Positions 9,610 to 21,247 of a DNA stretch of 64,000 bases are shown piece by piece. Under the pieces are notes generated by a model, which did not search any database, was not told the origin of the DNA, and saw only the letters and a list, made by a program, of their open reading frames with translations. Position 1 is the first letter of the stretch. Each line of letters begins with the position of its first letter. The position numbers and the translations under genes were made by a program. Origin of the DNA: Dehalococcoidia bacterium (lineage in GTDB: Bacteria > Chloroflexota > Dehalococcoidia > Lucifugimonadales > Australimonadaceae); NCBI GenBank assembly GCA_963579135.1, contig CAUZFB010000008.1:2049-66048 (forward strand), in the 5' to 3' direction.

Positions 9610-10920
9610 ATGGCGGCAACCGCTTCCCGGAGGCGACTCATCTCGTCAGAGGAGACTCTGTTGTACGACCGTACTGTTCTGCCCAATGGGCTTCGCGTGC
9701 TTTCAAGCACGATGTCCCACACCCGATCGGTTTCCGTAGGCATCTTCGTGGGCGCGGGGTCGCGGTACGAGGACGACGCGCTGGCGGGCGCTTCCCATTA
9801 CTTGGAGCACGTACTGTTCAAGGGGACGGAGAAGCGACCTGAGCCGCAGTTGATCGCGGGAGCTATCGAATCGGTCGGCGGCATGATGAACGCGTCCACC
9901 GACCGCGAGGCGACGATCTACTACGCGAAGGTGGGGCGCGCACACTTCGCGTTGGCTTTGGACGTGTTGGCTGACATGATCCTGCACCCGCTGTTCACCG
10001 ACCACGAGGTGGAACGAGAGCGCGGGGTGATCATCGAGGAGCTGGCGATGACCTATGACCAGCCCGACGCCTACGCCGACCTGCTGATCGACGCGACGCT
10101 GTGGCCAGGCCAGGCGTTGGGCCGCGACATCGGCGGGAGCCGCGAGTCGGTGGGGGCTATCAGTCGGCAGGCGTTGATTGACTACCACGCGCAACAGTAC
10201 GTGCCCAACAACACCGTGGTCGCCGTAGCTGGCAACTACTCGCACGAAGAGGTGCTAGCGCTGGTGAACGAACAGATGGGAGCCTGGAAGGGCGGATCAC
10301 CGTTGGGCTGGGAGCCCGTGCAGGCGACGGCCCAGGATGTGAGGATCAGCATCGGCAATCGCAAGACCGATCAGGCGCACATCTGCCTGGCTGTCGATGG
10401 AATCTCAGCGATGGCACCCGACCGGTACTCGTTCGACATGATGAACGCCGTGATGGGCGACGGCATGACGAGCCGACTGTTCATGGAGATCCGCGAGCGT
10501 CGCGGCCTCGCCTACGAAGTGCACTCGAGTTCCATGCACTACCGGGACTGCGGTGCGCTGATGGTGTACTGCGGAGTGGATACCGCCAAGGCGGAGGAAA
10601 CGATCCAGGCGGTGCTGGATGAGATGTCGAAGATGTCCGAGGGAGTAACGCAGGAGGAACTCGCGCGGTCAGTGGAATACGCGTGCGGGAGACTCGATTT
10701 ACGACTGGAGGACACGCGAGCGGTGATGAGCTGGCTGGGCGGCCAGGAGTTGCTGCGCGACGAGGTGATAGAGCCCGACGACATCGTTGCGGAACTGCGC
10801 AAGGTGACCACCAATCAGGTCCTCGAAGCGGCCCGAACCTACCTGAAGGACCCCAGCTACCGATTGGCGGTGGTCGGCCCCTACAAGTCTGACGCGGCCT
10901 TCCAGAAGCTGCTGGGGTAG
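9610..10920 (+). CDS. M16 family (pitrilysin-like) zinc peptidase
   Basis: Inverted zincin motif HYLEHVLFKGT. The long track ORF 9325..10920 has an Arg/Gly-rich, non-protein-like N-terminus, so the start is moved to ATG 9610 (MAATASRRRL...). Confidence 0.9.
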   Translation: MAATASRRRLISSEETLLYDRTVLPNGLRVLSSTMSHTRSVSVGIFVGAGSRYEDDALAGASHYLEHVLFKGTEKRPEPQLIAGAIESVGGMMNASTDREATIYYAKVGRAHFALALDVLADMILHPLFTDHEVERERGVIIEELAMTYDQPDAYADLLIDATLWPGQALGRDIGGSRESVGAISRQALIDYHAQQYVPNNTVVAVAGNYSHEEVLALVNEQMGAWKGGSPLGWEPVQATAQDVRISIGNRKTDQAHICLAVDGISAMAPDRYSFDMMNAVMGDGMTSRLFMEIRERRGLAYEVHSSSMHYRDCGALMVYCGVDTAKAEETIQAVLDEMSKMSEGVTQEELARSVEYACGRLDLRLEDTRAVMSWLGGQELLRDEVIEPDDIVAELRKVTTNQVLEAARTYLKDPSYRLAVVGPYKSDAAFQKLLG

Positions 10921-10936
10921 ATCGCTCAGAGCTCAG

Positions 10937-12103
10937 CTAGCCCCAGAGTTGCTTGCTGGCGATCTGCGCTCCCTCCACGAGCGCGGCGAGCTTGGCCCAC
11001 ATGATGCTGACGTGGACACGTGGGTTGAGTGAGCCCTGGAAGAAGCCGCAGTCGGTCCCGGCGATGACGTTCTCACGTCCCACGAGGCGGGCAAAGTTGC
11101 CCAGCCGCCACGCGACGAGCTCCGGGTGCTCCACGGTATTCGCGGCGTGCCCGACAACGCCCGGGATGAGGATCATCCCGTCGGGTAGTTTGACGTCCTC
11201 CCAGACCATCCATTCGTGCTCGTGCCGTGCATTGGCGGCCTCCATCGAGAGGGCGCCAGCTTCAATCTTGAGAATGATATCTACGATGTCCTTGAGGGGC
11301 AGGTCCGTGGAGTGCGGACCATGCCAGCTTCCCCAACACAGATGGTACCGGATGCGGTCCGCCGGGATGTCGCCGATGGCATAATTGATGGCCTCGACAC
11401 GCATCTCGGCGAACTTGCGATAGTCCGCGATGCTTGGCGCCGGGTTCATGAGGTCGTAGGTCGCGACGATGCGGGGATCGTCGATCTGCAACAGGAACCC
11501 TGCGTCCACGATGGCTTTGTACTCGACTCGCATGGCGGCGGCGATGGCGAAGAGGTACTCCTCCTGAGTAGCGTAGAACTCGTTGGTGCGTTGACCCTCG
11601 ATGGTGGCGGGAGCGACGGAAGGGACGAATGCCTCCTGGACTCCCGCGTTGGCGGTAGCCGCCCGCAGATTGTCGATGTCGCGCTGAATCAGCGCTTGCC
11701 CCGCCTGCTCGATGGGTGACGCACAGACGACCCGCATCCTGCCGCCGGAAGCTGGGGCAGCGTCGTACTCGGCGTAGAACTCTGGAAAAGCGTCATGGTC
11801 ACGCCCGAAGTTGTTGATCGGGCTCCCACCTAGCGGCGTCTCACGTTGCTCGAAACCGGTGAGGCGGTCACTCACGTAGCCTGCGAAGTTGATCTTGGAA
11901 CATTCGCCGTCGCTGGGGACGTCGATGCCGATGTCCGCTTGGCGCTTGACGATGGCGGCGACAGCGTTCTTCAGCGCGGGCGCAAAGTCGTCATCTGGCA
12001 GCGGCTGGCCGCTGGCCTTGGCGCGCATGGCAGCGACAATCGCTGGTGGGCGCACGAGGCTGCCCACGTGAGTGGTAAGGATGCGGTCGGTGCTGGTCTT
12101 CAC
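10937..12103 (-). CDS. cobalamin-independent methionine synthase (MetE C-terminal)-like family protein
   Basis: 388-aa ORF. N-terminus ILTTHVGSLVRP and later HLCWGSWHGPH / GTDCGF segments resemble the MetE catalytic-domain-only family. Confidence 0.75.
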   Translation of the reverse strand: MKTSTDRILTTHVGSLVRPPAIVAAMRAKASGQPLPDDDFAPALKNAVAAIVKRQADIGIDVPSDGECSKINFAGYVSDRLTGFEQRETPLGGSPINNFGRDHDAFPEFYAEYDAAPASGGRMRVVCASPIEQAGQALIQRDIDNLRAATANAGVQEAFVPSVAPATIEGQRTNEFYATQEEYLFAIAAAMRVEYKAIVDAGFLLQIDDPRIVATYDLMNPAPSIADYRKFAEMRVEAINYAIGDIPADRIRYHLCWGSWHGPHSTDLPLKDIVDIILKIEAGALSMEAANARHEHEWMVWEDVKLPDGMILIPGVVGHAANTVEHPELVAWRLGNFARLVGRENVIAGTDCGFFQGSLNPRVHVSIMWAKLAALVEGAQIASKQLWG

Positions 12104-12178
12104 GGCGCCTCCCGTACAGGGGAATCACAACGCATTGTAGGCGTGCCGATGAGCGGACAAAAGTGACGTCAGGGGGCG

Positions 12179-12218
12179 AAAGAAAGGGCCCCTGCCGGAT
12201 GGCGGGGGCCCTTTCTTT
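12179..12218 (-). terminator. intrinsic terminator-like hairpin downstream of groEL
   Basis: Perfect 14-bp stem AAAGAAAGGGCCCC / GGGGCCCTTTCTTT with a 12-nt loop, T-rich on both sides, 52 nt after the groEL stop. Confidence 0.7.
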
Positions 12219-12269
12219 ATCTAACCGTCGAGCTCTAACTGTCGGGTTTCGCGAAACCTAGGCCGTGGC

Positions 12270-13952
<1,683 letters not shown>

Positions 13953-14246
13953 TTAGCTGACCTTCGCCAGGATGTCGCGCTCAGTGAGAACCAGAAGCTC
14001 CTCATCGTCTTCGGTGAACTCGGTACCGGCGAACTTGGAGTAAACGACCACATCGCCCACCTTAAGGTCCATCTCAATGCGCTTGCCCTCGTCGGTCGTG
14101 CGACCGGGGCCTACCGCGACGACGGTGCCCTCTTGGGGGCGTTCCTTCGCGGTGTCAGGGACATACAATCCACTCTTCGTCTGGGATTCCTGTTCGACCG
14201 CCTTTACGACGACCCGGTCGCCCAATGGTTGAAGCGTTCGTGCCAC
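13953..14246 (-). CDS. groS: co-chaperonin GroES
   Basis: GTG start preceded by GGAGGAG. ..LQPLGDRVVVKAVE.. and ..GDVVVYSKFAGTEF.. are typical. 97 aa, directly upstream of groEL. Confidence 0.95.
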   Translation of the reverse strand: MARTLQPLGDRVVVKAVEQESQTKSGLYVPDTAKERPQEGTVVAVGPGRTTDEGKRIEMDLKVGDVVVYSKFAGTEFTEDDEELLVLTERDILAKVS

Positions 14247-14340
14247 GTTCTCTCCTCCTTTTACTTTCCGTTCTACTGTTGCCTGCATTGCTTGCCGACC
14301 CAAGGCCGGAAGCACCACTGGCAATTGCGCGCCTTCATTG

Positions 14341-14367
14341 CTAGCAGTCTCAATGGTCGAGTGCTAA
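14341..14367 (-). promoter_or_regulatory. CIRCE element (HrcA operator)
   Basis: The minus strand reads TTAGCACTC-GACCATTGA-GACTGCTAG against consensus TTAGCACTC-N9-GAGTGCTAA. One arm is perfect and the other has 2 mismatches. Located between the promoter and groES. Confidence 0.8.
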
Positions 14368-14377
14368 CACGATGCAT

Positions 14378-14405
14378 CTTATGGGCGCTGCTGAGAGGCT
14401 GTCAA
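14378..14405 (-). promoter_or_regulatory. sigma70-like promoter of groES-groEL
   Basis: The minus strand has TTGACA (14400..14405), a 16-nt spacer, then CATAAG (14378..14383), immediately upstream of CIRCE. Confidence 0.5.
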
Positions 14406-14510
14406 GGCTCGTTTGAACCCCGCCGAGAAGCTGGAAGGTTATGGCTTGACACTCTATTTGGCCCACTGTCAAATGCCGTTAACCGGCAACTCACCGGCAC
14501 GGAGAAGGCG

Positions 14511-15239
14511 ATGACTTCGGTGAAGCTGGCCCAGCGAGGCCATATCGCGACCCTCACGCTCGGCAGTCCCTCGACGCGCAATGCGCTTGACGAGGCCCTG
14601 CGCGCCGAATTCGCGACGGCCATCGAGAGCCTAAACGACGATGACGACGTGCGCGTGGTGATCGTGGCGGGTGCCAACGGTGTATTCGCCAGCGGCCTCT
14701 ATCCACTGCCTGAAGGGCCCGCAGCTCGCGGCGCGGGGAGCGCGGTCGCTTCGCTCCGCAAGCCCACAATCGCCTGGATTGATGGCGCGTGCGTGGACAT
14801 GGGCCTTGAGTTGGCGCTGGCGTGCGACGTTCGCATCGCCAGCGCGACGTCCACGTTCGGGCTACGCGGAGTGCAGCACGGGCAACTGCCGTGGGACGGC
14901 GGCACGCAACGTCTCTCGCGCGCCGTTGGACGGGGCCATGCGCTGCGCCTGCTGCTGACAGGCGCGGTCGTTGGCGCGGAGGAGGCGCTGCGAATCGAGC
15001 TCGTCGAGGGTATCGGCGATGCGCAGGCTGTCGCGGACTGGGCGGAGCGCGCTGCGGCTGGCGCGCCCATCGCGGCGGCGTACACCAAGGAAGCGACTGC
15101 CAGCGCGCACGACCTGACGCTGGGGCAGGGGTTACGCCTGGAGGCAGACCTGAGCGTGCTATTGCAATCGACAGCCGACCGTGCGGAGGGCCTCGACTCG
15201 TTCGCTAGCAAGCGGAAATCAAGGTTTGACGGCCGATGA
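14511..15239 (+). CDS. enoyl-CoA hydratase/isomerase (crotonase) family protein
   Basis: Start moved to ATG 14511 (MTSVKLAQRGHIATLTLGSPSTRNALD...), a typical crotonase N-terminus with a later ..WIDGACVDMGLELALACDVRIA.. segment. The upstream part of the track ORF overlaps the groES region. Confidence 0.85.
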   Translation: MTSVKLAQRGHIATLTLGSPSTRNALDEALRAEFATAIESLNDDDDVRVVIVAGANGVFASGLYPLPEGPAARGAGSAVASLRKPTIAWIDGACVDMGLELALACDVRIASATSTFGLRGVQHGQLPWDGGTQRLSRAVGRGHALRLLLTGAVVGAEEALRIELVEGIGDAQAVADWAERAAAGAPIAAAYTKEATASAHDLTLGQGLRLEADLSVLLQSTADRAEGLDSFASKRKSRFDGR

Positions 15240-15955
15240 GCGCGTTCGAAACGATCGATTATGTGAAGCAAGGCAACGGTATCGCCGTGCTGACGCTGAA
15301 CCGTCCCGAAGCACTAAACGCTTTCAACGTACAGATGCGCGACCATGTCTACGAGGCGCTCACAGCGGTGCGCGACGACGACGATGTTCGCGGACTGCTA
15401 GTGCGCGGCGCGGGAGAACGTGCCTTCTGCGCGGGCGCGGACTTGGCCGAATTCGGTAGCGCTCCGTCGCAAGCCATTGCAAGGTCGGTCCGATGGGAGC
15501 GCGACGTGTGGGGCCTTTGGCTATCGATAACCAAGCCAATGGTTGCAGCGATCCACGGTTTCTGCCTGGGCTCAGGCGTCGAAATCGCGTCGGTCTGCGA
15601 CGTAAGGATCGCTGCTGACGATGCTCGATTCGGGATGCCGGAGGTTAGCCTGGGGCTGATCCCTGCGGCAGGGGGTACGCAACTGCTACCGCGATTGCTC
15701 GGCCAGGGACGCGCGCTCGACCTGCTGTTGACCGGGCACCGGTTCACGGCGACCGACGCTTTGCGATACGGACTGGTGTCGGAGGTGACAAGTCGCGGTA
15801 TGCTTGAAGCGCGCGCATTGGATACCCTGGACACTATGCTCCAGGCGCCGTGCGGCACACTTGCTGCCGCCAAGTGGGTCGTGTCAGAGGGACTCGACCT
15901 GCCACTTGCAGAAGCGCTGGCACTGGAACGCAGGATCGGAAGAACGCTCACCTAG
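15236..15955 (+). CDS. enoyl-CoA hydratase/isomerase (crotonase) family protein
   Basis: 239-aa ORF with ..AVLTLNRPEALNAF.., ..FCAGADL.., ..AIHGFCLGSGVEIASVCDVRIA... ATGA overlap with the preceding paralog. Confidence 0.9.
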   Translation: MSAFETIDYVKQGNGIAVLTLNRPEALNAFNVQMRDHVYEALTAVRDDDDVRGLLVRGAGERAFCAGADLAEFGSAPSQAIARSVRWERDVWGLWLSITKPMVAAIHGFCLGSGVEIASVCDVRIAADDARFGMPEVSLGLIPAAGGTQLLPRLLGQGRALDLLLTGHRFTATDALRYGLVSEVTSRGMLEARALDTLDTMLQAPCGTLAAAKWVVSEGLDLPLAEALALERRIGRTLT

Positions 15956-16005
15956 CTCCCTGATTGCCCCGATAACGCCGACTGGCGACCCGGAGGACCC
16001 ACGAC

Positions 16006-17571
16006 TTGCACACGCATGACATCCTGAGCATCGCTTCGGCCATCGTGCCCGAGCGTGCCGCTATCACGTTCGACGACCACATCACGACGTTCGGTGAGTT
16101 GGCAGCGCGCGCCAATCGACTGGCGAACGCACTCGCGGAACGAGGCGTGGAGGCGGGCGACCGAGTCGCGGTAATCGACGTCAATACGCCGCGGCACCTG
16201 GAACTCTACTTCGCGGCGGCTCGGCTCGATGCGATCTACATGCCGCTGAACTTCAGGGACCGCGCGGAGGAACTCAGGTTTCCGCTGGAGCACACGGCAC
16301 CCAAGGTGGTGATGGTGGGCCCGCGCTACGTGCCGCTGATCGAAGAGCTAAGGCCCGATACGGTGTCGACTGACCTGCTGCTGGTGTCAGAAGGCGCGGC
16401 GCCACCAGGCTGGCAGACCTACGACGACGTTCTGATCGCGGGCGACGAGGATGAGTTCCGCTTCCCGGAAGGTGAGCCGGAGAACACGGCGGTGCTGCTG
16501 TTCACGGCGGGCACGACCGGCAGGCCAAAAGCGGTGATGCTGAGCCATCTGTCATTCACTGAGTTCATGCTGACCAACGTGGAGCCGCCGGACCCGGATT
16601 CGGAGGAGCGAACGATCTTGAGCCTACCGATGCACCACATCGCGGGCCTCCAAGCGGCGTTGGCCTCAGTGTTCGGCGGGCGGTCCATCGTAATGCAACG
16701 TCAGTTCGAGGCGAGCGATTGGATGAATCTCGTGACTCGACACTCGGTGAGCCGCGCATTGGTAGTCCCCACGATGCTAAAGCAGGTGCTGGACCACGCC
16801 GAGTTCGGCACCCACGACCTCGGTAGCATACGTGTCATCACGTACGGTGGCGCATCGATGCCGCCGACGCTGATCGAGCGAGCGATCTTTGCATTGCCAG
16901 GAGTGCAGTTCATCAACGCTTTCGGCCAGACCGAAACGGGATCCACTATCGCGATGGTGCCACCCGAAGACCACGTGCTCGAAGGCGATCCCGAACTGGT
17001 GGCGCGGCGCCGCAGACATCTGGCCAGCATTGGGAAACCGCTGGAGGGAGTCGAGGTGCGCGTCGTCGACGACGGCGGCGAGGACGTTGGCTTCGAAACG
17101 ACGGGGGAGATCGTGGCGCGTGGGCCCCGGCTCATGAAGGGCTACTGGGAACAGGCGGACGCGACGGCCGAAACCATTCGCGACGGTTGGCTGTACACCG
17201 GTGACCTGGGCCACATGGACGAGGATGGCTACGTGTACCTGGAGGGACGCGCCAAAGACTTCATTAAGCGTGGCGGCGAGATGGTGGCGCCAGAAGAAGT
17301 CGAGAACGTGATCCACGGCTACGACGGCGTCGCGGAGTGCGCGGTCATCGGTCTGCCGGACGAGACGTGGGGTGAACGGGTGGTCGCGGTGGTGGTCGCA
17401 GAGCCGGGAGCCACGGTCACGGAGGAGTCAGTGAAAGCAGTCTGCCAGGAGCACCTGGCTCGATTCAAGCGGCCAGAGCAGGTCATCCTCGTAGACGTGT
17501 TGCCGCGGAATGCGTTAGGTAAGGTGCTCAAACGCAAGCTGAGGGATCGCTATGGCTCGGCGGCGAATTAG
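16006..17571 (+). CDS. AMP-dependent acyl-CoA synthetase/ligase
   Basis: 521-aa ORF with AMP-binding motifs LFTAGTTGRPKAVMLSH, YGGAS, TGDLG, and the C-terminal lysine context ..LGKVLKRKL... Confidence 0.9.
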   Translation: MHTHDILSIASAIVPERAAITFDDHITTFGELAARANRLANALAERGVEAGDRVAVIDVNTPRHLELYFAAARLDAIYMPLNFRDRAEELRFPLEHTAPKVVMVGPRYVPLIEELRPDTVSTDLLLVSEGAAPPGWQTYDDVLIAGDEDEFRFPEGEPENTAVLLFTAGTTGRPKAVMLSHLSFTEFMLTNVEPPDPDSEERTILSLPMHHIAGLQAALASVFGGRSIVMQRQFEASDWMNLVTRHSVSRALVVPTMLKQVLDHAEFGTHDLGSIRVITYGGASMPPTLIERAIFALPGVQFINAFGQTETGSTIAMVPPEDHVLEGDPELVARRRRHLASIGKPLEGVEVRVVDDGGEDVGFETTGEIVARGPRLMKGYWEQADATAETIRDGWLYTGDLGHMDEDGYVYLEGRAKDFIKRGGEMVAPEEVENVIHGYDGVAECAVIGLPDETWGERVVAVVVAEPGATVTEESVKAVCQEHLARFKRPEQVILVDVLPRNALGKVLKRKLRDRYGSAAN

Positions 17572-17988
17572 CTAGACGCGCTCGATGTCGTGGCGCGCGA
17601 TGATGCCTGCGCGGACATCTAGCGGGATTGTACCGCCATGGGCGGCTGCGACCTGCGCGAGGTCTTCCAGACACAGGTCAAAACACAACGGAGTGTAGAT
17701 CTCAAGCCAGACGGCGTCGGCGTCGCTGCGGTTGAAGACGTTGTGGGGCACTCCACGCCTGACCAACACGTACTCGCCGGCACGCGCAGTGACAATCTCT
17801 TGGTCGACTTGCAAGGTACCTTCGCCGGAGACGACGAGGAACGATTCTTCCATGTTCCGGTGGATGTGGAGATAGCGGGCGTGCCCTGGCTTCGCGGTGT
17901 ACTCGACAATCGAGTAGGCGCCTCCGGTCTCTTCGCCCGTGACCTTGACGACTGCGGTTCCCGTCTCCAGCGTGTAGGTCCTACTCAC
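17572..17988 (-). CDS. cupin domain protein
   Basis: 138-aa ORF with cupin motifs ..GHARYLHIHRNMEESFLVVSGEG.. and ..GEYVLVRRGVPHN... Confidence 0.75.
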   Translation of the reverse strand: MSRTYTLETGTAVVKVTGEETGGAYSIVEYTAKPGHARYLHIHRNMEESFLVVSGEGTLQVDQEIVTARAGEYVLVRRGVPHNVFNRSDADAVWLEIYTPLCFDLCLEDLAQVAAAHGGTIPLDVRAGIIARHDIERV

Positions 17989-18025
17989 AGACGCTCCCCT
18001 TGGTGGGGCAAACGACGCGGCGCTT

Positions 18026-18469
18026 CTACGCGGCTAGAAGCGCGGGGTCTTCGTCCTCGACAGGTGCAGACTGCAGCGTGGGTAGGGATTCGTCCCACTC
18101 CATGCCTCCGCGCTTCCACTCATAGGCCCAGCCGAAGACCATAACGACCATGAAGAACAGGACGGCAAGGAAGGCTCCCCACCCGAGGATGCCAGCCTGG
18201 GTCGCCCAGGGGAAGAGGAAGACGACCTCAACGTCAAAGAGCAGGAAGAGTAGCGCGTAGCGGTAGTAACGGACGTTGAATCGCTCCCAGTTACCTCCAA
18301 CGGTTTCCATCCCGCATTCGTACGGGTCGTACTTGACGGGGTTGGGGCGGAACGGACGCGCGTTAATTTTTGTCCCAAGGAACGAGATTAACAGCACGGT
18401 GACTGGTACCGCTATGGCGATGCCCGTCATGATGAAGATGAAGCCGTATTGCCTTAGATAATCGTCCAT
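18026..18469 (-). CDS. nuoA: NADH-quinone oxidoreductase subunit A
   Basis: 147-aa ORF with ..YECG.., ..FNVRYYRYALLFLLFDVEVVFLFPWA.. and three TM segments. No nuoB or other nuo genes follow it. Confidence 0.85.
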   Translation of the reverse strand: MDDYLRQYGFIFIMTGIAIAVPVTVLLISFLGTKINARPFRPNPVKYDPYECGMETVGGNWERFNVRYYRYALLFLLFDVEVVFLFPWATQAGILGWGAFLAVLFFMVVMVFGWAYEWKRGGMEWDESLPTLQSAPVEDEDPALLAA

Positions 18470-18655
18470 AAGAGCGTGCGTTAGATGCTACGTTCAAGCG
18501 TGGAACAGGTCAACGCCGCCGCCTACCGCTCAAGCTGGAACTGGATTGTCTTGCCGCCCAACTTGCGCGGCTGGTAGACTCGGCGTCTGTGCTCGTTTTG
18601 TTTCGACGACCGGTAGTTTTCGGCCGGGTACTTTCCTAACAGGGGGTCTGCTTGA

Positions 18656-19030
18656 TTGGAAGCTCTTGGTCAACATGTGCTGCTCGAACTCCGCGACTGT
18701 AACGCGGCCAAATTAGACGATTTACCCTTCCTGCGTGACACGATGATAAACGCAGCGGAAGAGACCGGGGCAACGATTATCGGCGAGATATTCCACCAGT
18801 TCGCACCGCAAGGTGTCACGGGTGTGGTCGCCATCGCTGAATCCCACCTTTGCATCCACACCTGGCCCGAGTTCGGGTACGCGGCCGTGGATATCTTCAC
18901 GTGCGGCGCCGCTTTCGATCCGACTGAGGCGGCCCGCCTAATCGTCGCAGCTGTGGAGTCGAAGGACCCGGAGATCACCGAGGTCATTCGCGGTCTGCTG
19001 CCCACGACGGCCCCGGCAACGGGCGGCTAG
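18656..19030 (+). CDS. speH: S-adenosylmethionine decarboxylase proenzyme (small class 1 type)
   Basis: 124-aa ORF with a TTG start. Self-processing context AIAESHLCIHTWPE. Immediately upstream of spermidine synthase. Confidence 0.85.
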   Translation: MEALGQHVLLELRDCNAAKLDDLPFLRDTMINAAEETGATIIGEIFHQFAPQGVTGVVAIAESHLCIHTWPEFGYAAVDIFTCGAAFDPTEAARLIVAAVESKDPEITEVIRGLLPTTAPATGG

Positions 19031-19044
19031 CTCACGCGCCGGCG

Positions 19045-19992
19045 ATGGCAGACCAAGTGTCGCTCGACTCCTCATCAGGCCAAAACTTCTGGCACATGGA
19101 ATACATGGAGCCCGGACTCATCCAGGGCTCCCAGATTACGAGTGTGATCTTCGACGGCCGATCGGCCTACCAGGCCACACAGATCATAGACACGCAGCCC
19201 TTCGGCCGCACCCTTGTGCTGGACGGCAAAGTACAGTCCTCTGAGATCGACGAGTGGGTGTACCACGAAGCGCTGGTTCAACCCGCAATGATGGCCCACG
19301 CCGCGCCCAAGAGGGTGTTCATCGCTGGTGGTGGCGAGGGTGCGACCGCACGGGAAGTGCTGCGCCACACAGATGTGACCGAGTGCGTGATGGTAGACCT
19401 CGACGAAGAAGTCGTCGAGCTGTGCAAGCAGCACCTGCCCAACCATCACCAAGGGGCTTTCGACGACCCACGGCTAACGGTGCTGTTCGCGGATGCGATC
19501 GCGTACCTGCGAGACAACGCCGAGCCGTTCGACGTGCTAATCATCGATGTGCCCGACCCTCTTGAGGGCGGGCCTGCCTATCTGCTCTACACCCAGGAGT
19601 TCTATGCCCTGGCAGCATCGCGGCTGGCACCAGGCGGGATCGTCGTGACGCAATCCGGGCCGTGCGGTCCGACCAACGTTACCGAGGTGTTCTCCGCCAT
19701 CAACAAGACGATGGGCACGGTGTTGGGCAACACTTCTCCCTATCGGGTCTACATCCCGAGCTTCGGCACCATGTGGGGGTTCATCGCAGCGGGCTTGCCC
19801 AATTCGCCGTCGGTTGCCGCATCCACGGCCACACAGGTTGATGAGCGCGTGGCGACTCGGCTGAGCGCGTCGCTGAAATATTACGACGGAGTGGCGCACC
19901 AGGGCATGGTGAGCCTGCCCAAGTACCTGCGCACGGCCCTTGACAGGGAACTCCGTATCATCACTGACGCGGCCCCTCTCTACTCCATTTAA
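19045..19992 (+). CDS. speE: spermidine synthase (polyamine aminopropyltransferase)
   Basis: 315-aa ORF with ..LVLDGKVQSSEIDEWVYHE.., ..VFIAGGGEGATAREVL.., ..IIDVPDP... Confidence 0.9.
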   Translation: MADQVSLDSSSGQNFWHMEYMEPGLIQGSQITSVIFDGRSAYQATQIIDTQPFGRTLVLDGKVQSSEIDEWVYHEALVQPAMMAHAAPKRVFIAGGGEGATAREVLRHTDVTECVMVDLDEEVVELCKQHLPNHHQGAFDDPRLTVLFADAIAYLRDNAEPFDVLIIDVPDPLEGGPAYLLYTQEFYALAASRLAPGGIVVTQSGPCGPTNVTEVFSAINKTMGTVLGNTSPYRVYIPSFGTMWGFIAAGLPNSPSVAASTATQVDERVATRLSASLKYYDGVAHQGMVSLPKYLRTALDRELRIITDAAPLYSI

Positions 19993-20132
19993 TCTCACAG
20001 AATGCTCGCGTGATGCGCGGGTGACGCCTCATCGCTTGGATAGCTTACGTACGTCTGTGCGATTGAGCATGAAGCGTTAGCGGTCTATATTCAGGAGAAC
20101 GCATTTTGGCGCCTTCGGGCGAAGGGTTGAAT

Positions 20133-21110
20133 ATGAACTGGGTAGATATCGTCATCGCGATACTGGTGCTCGGCCTCAGTCTCTTGGGCTGGCGCAAGGG
20201 TGTGGTCAAGTTGATCTTCACCCTCGTTGGAGGGGTCGTTGGGATGGTACTGGCGGGCCAGTTGTGGGAGCAGGTAGCTGGTGCGCTCCCGATAAACAAC
20301 GAGAGCGTCGCAAACATAGCGGCCTTCGTAACAATCCTGGCTGCCGTCATGGTCCTGTCGTGGATCGCGGCCCGCATCTTGATGACGGTGCTCAACGTCT
20401 TGCTCCTCAGATGGGTCGACGGTGCCGCCGGCGCAGCCATAGGTTTGGTGCTGGGAGGGATGGCCGCAACAGCGGTGGTCTCCGCGGCGGGGATCGTACC
20501 GTCGGACACCCTACGCGATGCGGTGAACGCGTCCACGCTCGCCGAGCCGCTCATCCAAAACATGGACATCGTGTATTCGTTGTTGCCCTCGGAGTTCGAC
20601 AGCGTGAAGAACCTAGTCCGCCAGGGTAAAGAACTGCTGGACCAGAGCGCGGCTCTGCTGGAGGCCAGCGCCAAGGTCCAGGAACTCCTTACGCAAGGCA
20701 CAGACCTGCTAGAGGCGGCGAGTGGACTTGAAGACCTGATCTCGCAGGCACAATCTCTCACCGGCCCAAACGCTGACCGCTTAGTGGTTGGATTCACAGG
20801 GTTTGCCGGATTCGGCGGCGCTCCGTTGCTGGCGGTCTTCGAGGACCCCTCTGGGAGCGTGCTCGGGCCGGTGAGCACTTCCGTGCTCACCTCCGGAGTC
20901 GCGGTGCTCGCAGTCGATGGCTTGACCGACAGCGTCGCGTACGCCATGACCTACTACGTAGACGGCAACCGCAGCGGCACGTGCAACGAAACTGCTGATG
21001 ATGTAAAGGGCGCAATCTCCATCACAGCCGACGCAACGGAGGCGGGTATGACCTACGACGGCAATGACGGGTCAGGCCGCGATCTCTGCGCCAGCTTCTT
21101 GAAGGTCTAG
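20133..21110 (+). CDS. cvpA: CvpA family membrane protein with a long C-terminal soluble extension
   Basis: N-terminus MNWVDIVIAILVLGLSLLGWRKGVVKLIFTLVGGVVGMVLAG is CvpA-like, with 4 TM segments. The last ~170 aa are coiled-coil-like plus an unassigned domain. Start taken at ATG 20133. Confidence 0.7.
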   Translation: MNWVDIVIAILVLGLSLLGWRKGVVKLIFTLVGGVVGMVLAGQLWEQVAGALPINNESVANIAAFVTILAAVMVLSWIAARILMTVLNVLLLRWVDGAAGAAIGLVLGGMAATAVVSAAGIVPSDTLRDAVNASTLAEPLIQNMDIVYSLLPSEFDSVKNLVRQGKELLDQSAALLEASAKVQELLTQGTDLLEAASGLEDLISQAQSLTGPNADRLVVGFTGFAGFGGAPLLAVFEDPSGSVLGPVSTSVLTSGVAVLAVDGLTDSVAYAMTYYVDGNRSGTCNETADDVKGAISITADATEAGMTYDGNDGSGRDLCASFLKV

Positions 21111-21161
21111 TCCGCTACACAGCCTAGACGCGCGCTAGGCGATGATCGCCCCCAGGCAACT

Positions 21162-21247
21162 CCCCCGGTTGGTTGCAGCGAACGCGTTCCGTATCTACTA
21201 TTCGTAGCGAGGCGTTGCCTCCAGTGGTACGGAACGCAGACCGGGGG
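21162..21247 (+). promoter_or_regulatory. structured leader element upstream of the HNH endonuclease gene (unassigned RNA structure)
   Basis: Nested perfect helices: P1 CCCCCGGT (21162..21169) / ACCGGGGG (21240..21247); P2 GCGTTCCGTA (21184..21193) / TACGGAACGC (21228..21237); hairpins CTAC-TATTC-GTAG (21195..21207) and GAGGC-GTT-GCCTC (21209..21221). Confidence 0.4.
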
